The position numbers were made by a program, and so were the translations under genes. Shown one piece after another: positions 9,808 through 16,477 of a DNA stretch of 32,421 bases (within the stretch, counting starts at the first letter, position 1; the number at the start of each line of letters is the position of its first letter). This DNA is from Actinomycetes bacterium (GTDB taxonomy: Bacteria > Actinomycetota > Acidimicrobiia > Acidimicrobiales > Palsa-688): positions 1 to 32,421 of the forward strand of contig JAKARG010000001.1 in NCBI GenBank assembly GCA_021819345.1. Direction: 5' to 3'. Under the pieces are notes generated by a model. The model was not told where the DNA came from, did not search any database, and saw nothing but the letters and a program-made list of their open reading frames with translations.

Positions 9808-10960
9808 CGATGCGAGGCGTGATGCCCCGGCCCATGGCGGTGGAACCTCTTCAGTGCCTACCAGCTTATCGCCAGCGTTCTGTGGGTGGGCTCTCGTGAC
9901 GAACGATGATGGGCCCGTGGCGGCGAGACAGCCGGTTGGACCGCCGGACGGTCGGTCGATACCTCGGTATGCGGGGCCAGATACGTTTGCGCGGCTCCCG
10001 ACCCTCGAGTCCGTTGGCAGCGCGGTGGTTGCAATTGTTGGCGTTCCGTTCGATGGGGGCGTGTCGTATCGTCCTGGTGCCCGGTTCGGTCCGCAAGCAG
10101 TTCGCGCTGGGTCGAAGTTGCTTCGCCCGTATCATCCGGCCCTGCAGGTCCAGCCGTGGCTGACGCTCCAGGTGGCGGATGCCGGGGACCTCGCAGTGAA
10201 CCCCTTCTCGATAGACGACGCGATTGCCGCCATCGAAGCCGGTGCTGACGAGGTGCTCGCCCGAGCCGACCACATGATCGCGGTCGGAGGGGACCACACC
10301 ATCGCACTACCGCTGCTCCGGGCGACCGCACGTCGACATGGCCCGCTTGCGCTGGTACATTTCGACGCCCATCTGGACACATGGGACACGTATTTCGATG
10401 CTCCTTACACCCATGGGACGCCGTTCCGGCGAGCAGTGGAGGAGGGAGTGCTCGATCTCGACTGCTCAGCGCATGTGGGGATCCGAGGTCCGCTGTACGC
10501 GCCTGATGATCTTCTGGAGGATCATGGGCTCGGCTTCGCGACGATCACGACGGGGGACGTCGCCGAGCTCGGTGTCGCAGTCGCCGTTGGTCGGATAAAG
10601 GCCCGTGTCGGCGACCGGCCCGTCTACGTCAGTATCGACATCGACGTGCTGGACCCAGCACACGCGCCTGGAACTGGTACGCCCGAGCCGGGTGGGCTTA
10701 CCAGCCGCGAGCTGATGGCGATCATCCGGGGACTCGAGGGGTTGAGGCTCGTCGGGGCGGACGTCGTCGAGGTCGCACCCTCTTACGATCACGCCGAGCT
10801 GACTTCCTTGGCAGCTGCGAACCTGGTGTACGACCTGCTTGGCCTGTTCACGCTGGGTAGCGGTCGTGAGGCAGGGTCGGTGACGGCGGCTCGCCCGGAC
10901 GGAGCTGACGACGGCGTCGCGGTGCGGGGTGCGGGAGGGGGTCACGCGTCGCCGGAGTGA
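9791..10960 (+). CDS. Arginase/agmatinase-family ureohydrolase (agmatinase or guanidino-acid hydrolase type)
   Basis: Mn-binding motifs are [21 protein letters not shown] and [22 protein letters not shown]. The start is ambiguous. GTG 9791 overlaps the upstream gene by 17 nt, and in-frame GTGs also occur at 9854 and 9896. Confidence 0.88.
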   Translation: MRREHDDARRDAPAHGGGTSSVPTSLSPAFCGWALVTNDDGPVAARQPVGPPDGRSIPRYAGPDTFARLPTLESVGSAVVAIVGVPFDGGVSYRPGARFGPQAVRAGSKLLRPYHPALQVQPWLTLQVADAGDLAVNPFSIDDAIAAIEAGADEVLARADHMIAVGGDHTIALPLLRATARRHGPLALVHFDAHLDTWDTYFDAPYTHGTPFRRAVEEGVLDLDCSAHVGIRGPLYAPDDLLEDHGLGFATITTGDVAELGVAVAVGRIKARVGDRPVYVSIDIDVLDPAHAPGTGTPEPGGLTSRELMAIIRGLEGLRLVGADVVEVAPSYDHAELTSLAAANLVYDLLGLFTLGSGREAGSVTAARPDGADDGVAVRGAGGGHASPE

Positions 10961-11157
10961 TGGACGAAGGGGTTGCGGGGAGCCGTTGGCCGATCCAACC
11001 CGGGCCCGGCGCTGCTGGCCGGGACGGGGGAGCACGGCTTCGAGTCGATGTGGTTGAGCTGAGCCGGGCGGTCGGATCTCGCTAGGCGCCCCGGGGGCTC
11101 GATGTCGGCCGAGGCGGGTCGCTCCTGCGGCGCCGCCCGGGACGCGAGAATGCCGGG

Positions 11158-11697
11158 GTGCAGCGGGTTGCGGTGGTCGGCTCCGGCGGCGCCGGGAAGT
11201 CGACCTTCTCCGAGGCACTGGGGAGGCTGACCGGTCTTCCGGTGGTCCACCTGGACCGTCACTACTGGCAGCCGGGATGGGCCGCTCTGCCCCGGGAGGA
11301 ATGGAGGGACGAGCAAGCGAGGCTGCTCGCCGGTGGGCGTTGGATCGCGGACGGCAACTACTCGAGCACGCTCGATCTACGCCTGGAGCGGGCCGACACC
11401 GTGATCGTGCTGGCCCTGCCCCGATGGCTCTGTATGGTCCGGGTCCTCGGCCGGTGGTGGCACAACGGTGGGCGGGCGGTGCAGGCCGAGGGTTGCCCCG
11501 AGCGGCTCGACCCTGCGTTCCTGCGCTGGGTGTGGAGCTACCCGGTCGAGGGTCGGGCACGCCTCGACGCCGAGCTGGGCCGCCACGCCGGGAGGCTCCG
11601 GGTGGTGGAGCTCGCCACGCCGAAGGAGGTACGGCTGTTCCTGGCAGCGGTCGATCCGAAGGCTGCAGCCGGGCCCCCGCCCGCGGATATCCCCTGA
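11158..11697 (+). CDS. P-loop NTPase, adenylate-kinase-like (topology modulation protein FlaR-like)
   Basis: GTG start. Walker A is VVGSGGAGKST, followed by HLDRHYWQPGW and RADTVIVL, typical of this small kinase-like family. Confidence 0.75.
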   Translation: MQRVAVVGSGGAGKSTFSEALGRLTGLPVVHLDRHYWQPGWAALPREEWRDEQARLLAGGRWIADGNYSSTLDLRLERADTVIVLALPRWLCMVRVLGRWWHNGGRAVQAEGCPERLDPAFLRWVWSYPVEGRARLDAELGRHAGRLRVVELATPKEVRLFLAAVDPKAAAGPPPADIP

Positions 11698-11725
11698 GCC
11701 GCGGTAGGCGTCGTGCCGGCGGCGC

Positions 11726-12492
11726 TCATCTCGGTCTGTTCCGGAGCGCTCCGGCGTGCTGGTCCAGGGAGCTGAGCCGTGGGTGGGCCGCACGCTCGAT
11801 GCTGGCGGCGGCGAGGGCAACTACCAGGGCGGCGAGCAGTGCGGCGCTGACCACCTCGGTGCTCTGCCGAGGCGCATGCGCTATGGACACGATGAGCCAG
11901 GGGACGCTCCAGACGACGAGGGTGGCGGCGAGCCGGTGGGGGTGGAGGGTCGCGCAGGCCGCAGCGACCGTCACTGCGGCAACGCCGGCGGCTGGTGCCC
12001 AGGCGGCGAGGACGGCGGTCGATCCCTGGTAGAACGCCGCCCGGGTCAGCTCCCAGCTCGGGGAGGGGCCGGAGGCGGAGGCGGCCGCAGTGGCGACGAG
12101 CAGGACGACGGTCGCCAGGTAGGCAAACGGTCCGATGGTGAGGAAGGGGCCGAAGTGGGCGCCGACGACCCCGGCGCCGGGAGGGACGGGCCCGAGCTTG
12201 CCGAGGCCGAGCTCCCCGAGGCAGAGCACCACGAGGGAGGCGACCGCGGCAGAGGCGAGCGCAGGGGACGCCGCTGCCGCCAGGAGACCCCCGAGCAGTC
12301 CGTCGGCGTCGAGGCCGACCCGGAGCGCCAGGCCGTGGGCGACCAGGCTGGCGGCCTCGCCACGATCGGGACGGCGCTGGCCAGGGCGGGCGGCCTCGAG
12401 CAGGGTGGCGAGCATCTCCTCCCGCGGGCCTGGCGGTACGAGCGGGGGTAGGTGAGCAGGAGGCGCCGGTAGGCGCTGGCCAGGTCGCTCAC
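11726..12492 (-). pseudogene. PadR-coupled membrane protein, apparently interrupted by a 1-nt frameshift near 12419..12424
   Basis: GTG 12492 overlaps the PadR stop as GTGA and reads VSDLASAYRRLLLTYPRSYRQARG before turning into junk. The adjacent frame continues EEMLATLLEAARPG... through several hydrophobic spans to the stop at 11726. The span is 767 nt, one short of a multiple of 3. The alternative is an intact CDS 11726..12415 starting at ATG (MLATLLE). Confidence 0.55.
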
Positions 12493-12827
12493 TGCGGAGC
12501 TCCTGCCAGCCCGAGGCGCCCGAGGGCCACTGCGGAGATCCGGGCTCTCGCCCGCGCCTCGGCTTCGAGCGCCCGGCGTCCCTCGGTGGTGAGGGCGTAG
12601 TAGCGGCGCAGCCGCCCATCGACCACCTCCTCGCCCGCGGTGGCTACCAGGCCTTCGCCCGCCAGGCGGTCCAGCGCGGCGTAGAGGGTCCCGGCCCGCA
12701 GCCGTAGCCGGCCCTCCGAGAGCCGCTCCACCTCCCCGGTGATCCCGTAGCCGTGCAGGCGACCGGCCCCCGCCAGAGCGGTCAGGACCAGCCACGTCGG
12801 CTCGCGCATCTCCTTCACATTCCGCAT
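12489..12827 (-). CDS. PadR-family transcriptional regulator
   Basis: Winged-helix pattern LVLTALAGAGRLHGYGITGEVERLSEGRLRLRAGTLYAALDRLAGEGLV...RRYYALTTEGRRAL. The start is ATG 12827 or ATG 12809. Confidence 0.88.
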   Translation of the reverse strand: MRNVKEMREPTWLVLTALAGAGRLHGYGITGEVERLSEGRLRLRAGTLYAALDRLAGEGLVATAGEEVVDGRLRRYYALTTEGRRALEAEARARARISAVALGRLGLAGAPQ

Positions 12828-12875
12828 CTCCTCACGCCTCCCGGCTTCCTCGCGGCCCGGACCTGCTCCAGTTCC

Positions 12876-12929
12876 TCGACTGCATCCACGTCGTCGACTG
12901 CATTCGCGTCGTCGACTGCCTCACGGCTA
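12876..12929. repeat. Three tandem 18-bp direct repeats in the PadR / coiled-coil-gene divergent intergenic region
   Basis: Units are TCGACTGCATCCACGTCG (12876..12893), TCGACTGCATTCGCGTCG (12894..12911) and TCGACTGCCTCACGGCTA (12912..12929). An unusually AT-rich box follows at 12927..12957 (CTATCAGCATATACCGGATATCAGACTATTGG). Confidence 0.7.
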
Positions 12930-13085
12930 TCAGCATATACCGGATATCAGACTATTGGGACGGCGACGGTCCGCTCGGCGCCGTGATCGGGAGTCGCTGG
13001 CTGCGCTCTTCGGCGCCCCTGGTTCGTGCGGTCGACAGCTAGCGGCTCGGTCCGAGGGGAGCCGACCGATCGCCGGGAAACCTGC

Positions 13086-13115
13086 TTGCCAGACCGATGT
13101 ACACCGGGATAGCAT
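13086..13115 (+). promoter_or_regulatory. Candidate promoter for coiled-coil gene A
   Basis: TTGCCA (13086..13091), an 18-nt spacer, then TAGCAT (13110..13115), about 70 nt upstream of ATG 13188. This is pattern matching only. Confidence 0.3.
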
Positions 13116-13187
13116 GAGCACACCTGGCTTGGCGACTCGACGAGGGCCGGCGAGAGCCGGGTGGTATGCGACGCGAGGAGCGCAGCC

Positions 13188-13976
13188 ATGAGCGATGTCG
13201 AGCAGGTCGAGCGGTTGATCGAGGTGCTCCGGACCGACGACGCCCTTCGAGCCCGGGTGGAGCGCGCCCTGCTCTCCGAGCGGCTCCTGGCGCTGCCGGC
13301 GCAGGTCGCCGAGCTCGCCACCACGGTTGCCGGCCTGGTCGAGATCACGACCCGCCAGGGGGAGCGCCTCGACCGCATCGAGGAACGTCTGGCCATCCTG
13401 GCCGATCGCCTGGACCAGCTCACCGAGCGCGTGGACCAGCTCACCGAGCGCGTAGACCAGCTGACCCAGCGGGTGGACCGGCTGACCGAGCGCGTGGACG
13501 CGCTCGTCGAGGTCACAGCGCGCCAAGGCGAGCGGATGTCGCGGATGGACCTCGACCTCGGCCGGCTGAAGGGCTTCCACCTGGAGCACAAGTTCGCCCA
13601 CAACCCCGGAGCGTGGGTGCACCAGCTGGCCCGCCGGGCACGCATCGTGACCCTCGACGAGCTGCTCGACGACGCCGGCGTCGCCGACGTGCTCTCCGAC
13701 GAGGACTACGCCCTGCTCGTGCGGGCCGACTCCTACGTGCGGGGACGCGCTCCGGGGACCGGGGAGCAGGTGACCCTCGTGGTCGAGGTGACCTGGAAGC
13801 CCCACAGCGGAGACGTCGAGCGCCAGGCTGCCCGCCTCGGGGTGCTCTCCCGGCACGTCGGCCCGGTTGCAGCCGTGGTGGTCGCAGTGGAGCCACCGAT
13901 CGAATCGGTGCGGGGCGCGTTCGAGGACGCCGGGATCGTGCTCGTGGTCGACGAGGCAGAGCGTTGGGCGGCCTGA
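13188..13976 (+). CDS. Coiled-coil protein with heptad DNA repeats and a C-terminal PD-(D/E)XK-like domain (paralog A)
   Basis: ATG 13188 is preceded by GAGGAG. The N-terminal motif is DDALRARVERALLSERLLALPAQVAEL. The heptad array is LDQLTERVDQLTERVDQLTQRVDRLTERVDAL. Next come GRLKGFHLEHKF and a nuclease-fold-like core (LVRADSYV ... VTLVVEVTWKPHSGDVERQAARL). Confidence 0.8.
   Translation: MSDVEQVERLIEVLRTDDALRARVERALLSERLLALPAQVAELATTVAGLVEITTRQGERLDRIEERLAILADRLDQLTERVDQLTERVDQLTQRVDRLTERVDALVEVTARQGERMSRMDLDLGRLKGFHLEHKFAHNPGAWVHQLARRARIVTLDELLDDAGVADVLSDEDYALLVRADSYVRGRAPGTGEQVTLVVEVTWKPHSGDVERQAARLGVLSRHVGPVAAVVVAVEPPIESVRGAFEDAGIVLVVDEAERWAA
13410..13493 (+). repeat. Four in-frame tandem 21-bp repeats, one heptad each, inside gene A
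   Basis: Units start at 13410, 13431, 13452 and 13473 with consensus gtggaccagctcaccgagcgc. Units 1 and 2 differ only at their first base. A degenerate fifth unit follows. Confidence 0.9.
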
Positions 13977-14154
13977 GGCTCGGCCAGAGGTAGAGGTTCG
14001 CCACGGGCCCGGCTGGAGCGGGAAGGTGGTTGGGTCCGAGCCAGGAGAGGTCGGCGAGTGGTGCTGGCCTCCGGGCAGGCCGCCGGCGCTGCCCCTATGG
14101 CGCCGGGCCTGTGGTCACGGAGGGCTCGAGCCTCCTCGGGGGGAACCTTTCCCC

Positions 14155-15249
14155 CTATTCCTCGATGCCCACCGCGGGCCCTGGTGGCGCACCGAGCTCG
14201 AGGCGGGTCCCGACGGAGTTGGGGACGAAGGCCTCGCCGAAGCGGGCACCGATAGCGTGTTGGGCTCGCCACCCGGTGCAGTGCGCCGGCACGACGACCT
14301 CGGGCTCCAGGGCGGCGAGGTCGTCGAGGACCCGGGGGATGAGCGGCTCGAAGATCGGACCGTTCAGGTGGAACCCTCCGAGCAGCGCGTGCAGCGGCCG
14401 GTCCCCGGTCAATCGGGTGGCGTAGCGGCAGATGTTGACCACGCCGGCATGGCCGCAGCCGGTGATCACGAGCAGCCCCTTACCGGCGACGTCGACCACC
14501 AGGGCTTGGTCGTCGCGCACCAGGGGGTCGGACTGCCAGCGACCGTCGAGCCACGCCTGCTGGGTGGGGAAGCCGGGCTCGTAGCCACTCGTGCGGGGCA
14601 CCTCGCCGGTGACGAGCAGGGAGCGCTCGAACAGATAGCTCGGCTCGGGCTCCTCGACCACCTCGAAGCCGGCGTCGGTGAGGGCCCGTTTGCTCGGGGT
14701 GGGCAGCTCCAACAGGTCCCTGCCGGGTATCGGGACCCGCCGCCGGCGCCAGGCGTCGGGATGTAGCAGCACGGGGAGGTTGGTCCGCCCGAGCCGGCGG
14801 GCCAGGCCGTCGAGGCCGGTGGTGTGGTCGAAGTGACCGTGGCTGCAGACGATCGCCTCGAGCTCGGCCGGGTCGATCTCCAAGCGGTCCATGTTGGCGA
14901 CCACGCCGTCGGGGCTCACCCCGGTGTCGAACAGGACGTGATGTCGCGCGCCGCCCTTGGCGAGGGTGACGAGCACCGAGAAGCCGTGCTCGGCGACGAG
15001 GGTGTCCAGGCCCTCGCCCGATCCCATGGTGGCGCAGCGCCGTGGCCGCCCGAGCGGCGGGGTGCGCCGGGCGGGACCACGATCGGGCATGAACACGTCG
15101 GTGAGGTTGTCCATCAGGCAGGTCACCGTGACCGAGTCGACCGGCTCGAGCTCGAAGCGGACCGGGGGGTCGAGGTCCTCGATCAGCTTCGGGTCGAGGG
15201 GCGGGGGCCCGGGGACGTGGCCCGAGCAGTGGCCGGCGTCGTCGCACAT
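14155..15249 (-). CDS. MBL-fold metallo-hydrolase (COG1237-like)
   Basis: Lies in track ORF 14155..15867. ATG 15249 (MCDDAGHC...) is preceded by GAGGTGG. Motifs are CSHGHFDHTTG and ITGCGHAG. The upstream 206 codons are junk. Confidence 0.85.
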   Translation of the reverse strand: MCDDAGHCSGHVPGPPPLDPKLIEDLDPPVRFELEPVDSVTVTCLMDNLTDVFMPDRGPARRTPPLGRPRRCATMGSGEGLDTLVAEHGFSVLVTLAKGGARHHVLFDTGVSPDGVVANMDRLEIDPAELEAIVCSHGHFDHTTGLDGLARRLGRTNLPVLLHPDAWRRRRVPIPGRDLLELPTPSKRALTDAGFEVVEEPEPSYLFERSLLVTGEVPRTSGYEPGFPTQQAWLDGRWQSDPLVRDDQALVVDVAGKGLLVITGCGHAGVVNICRYATRLTGDRPLHALLGGFHLNGPIFEPLIPRVLDDLAALEPEVVVPAHCTGWRAQHAIGARFGEAFVPNSVGTRLELGAPPGPAVGIEE

Positions 15250-15416
15250 GCCCACCTCTGTTAGCAGATCCAGGGCTCCTCGCTCGGACCGGGCTCCGGC
15301 TGGCCCGCCCACGGCCTCGGGGCAGGCTCGGGGCGGCCTCGGGGAGGGGAGCCATCCAGCCATCGGAGCGGGCTCGGGTAGGGCTGCGCTCTCGACATCG
15401 CGGATATGTTCCGTGA

Positions 15417-16477
15417 GTGGCCCAAGTGGTCGTCGCCACGGCGGACGGGGTGGTGAGCGTCGAGGCGACGGGCGGGGTGGCGGCCGGCCTGGCTGGGCGC
15501 CGGGTGCGGGCGCTCGCTCCGGCGTCGTGGCGCACTCTCTGGGCCGCCCTCGACGGCGGGGAGATCTGGAGGTGCCGGGACGGGACCTGGGAGCGAGTGG
15601 TTGCGCTCGCCTCGGATGGCGGCGCCGAGGCCCTCGAAGTCCGCTGCCTCGCCGGCACCCGGGCCAACGACGAGGGCGGGATCCTCGCCGGCACCACGGC
15701 GGTGGGATCCTGCGCTCGGCCGATGAGGGACGGAGGTTCGTGGCCAGGATCGACATCGACGCAGGCGTGCACCGGGTGGTGACCGCCAAGGCCGGCAGGG
15801 TGCTTGCCGCCGCCGCCGGCGGGCTGTGGTCGAGCGACGACCAGGACGAGACCTGGCGGCTCGCCACGGCGGGCCTCGAGGAGACCTACTGCCGCTCGGT
15901 CGCGGTCTGCGGGTCGACGATCCCGCTCTCCGCGTCGGCCGGCCCCCGGGGCGAGCGCGCCGGGCTCTATCGCTCCGGGGACGGAGGTGGCTCCTTCGAA
16001 CGCTGCCGCAGTGGGCTCCCCGATCACCTCCCGGGCAACATCGACAGCCTGTGCCTCGACGCGCTCCCAGACGGGAGCCTGGCCGCCTTCGCCACCTCCT
16101 CGGGTGAGCTCTACGTCTCCGCCGACGAGGGCGGGACCTGGGAGCGGGCGGCCACCGGGCTGGCGGACCCGCGCGGGGTGCTCGTCTGGCCCCGGGCTCC
16201 GGCTGGCCCCGGGGTCCGGCTGGCCATGTGCTCCGGCCCGGCTCCGGCCCGGCCGGCGCTCCAGTCAGCCGGTCCGGTCCGGTTGGCTAACCCGCCGTCG
16301 GCGAGGGCAGCGGGGTGTGGTCGCGGCCGGCGGGAGAGGAGGTCGGCCGACCGAGGAGGAAGCCCTGCCCGAGCGGAACGCCGAGCTCCAGCAGGCTCTC
16401 GTGCTCGGCCCGGGTCTCGATCCCCTCGGCGACCAGGTTGCACCCGGTCCGCTCGGCCACGTCGACCAAGGCTCTGA
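15417..16477 (+). pseudogene. BNR/Asp-box beta-propeller protein, apparently frameshifted near 15695..15706; 3' end uncertain
   Basis: The frame from GTG 15417 reads VAQVVVATADGVVSVE...LWAALDGGEIWRCRDGTWERV...EGGILAGTT and then junk. The next frame continues GGILRSADEGRRF...GGLWSSDDQDETWRLATAGL...LYRSGDGGGSFERC...LYVSADEGGTWERAATGL, which are Asp-box SxDxGxTW repeats. The span is 1061 nt, one short of a multiple of 3. Confidence 0.55.
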
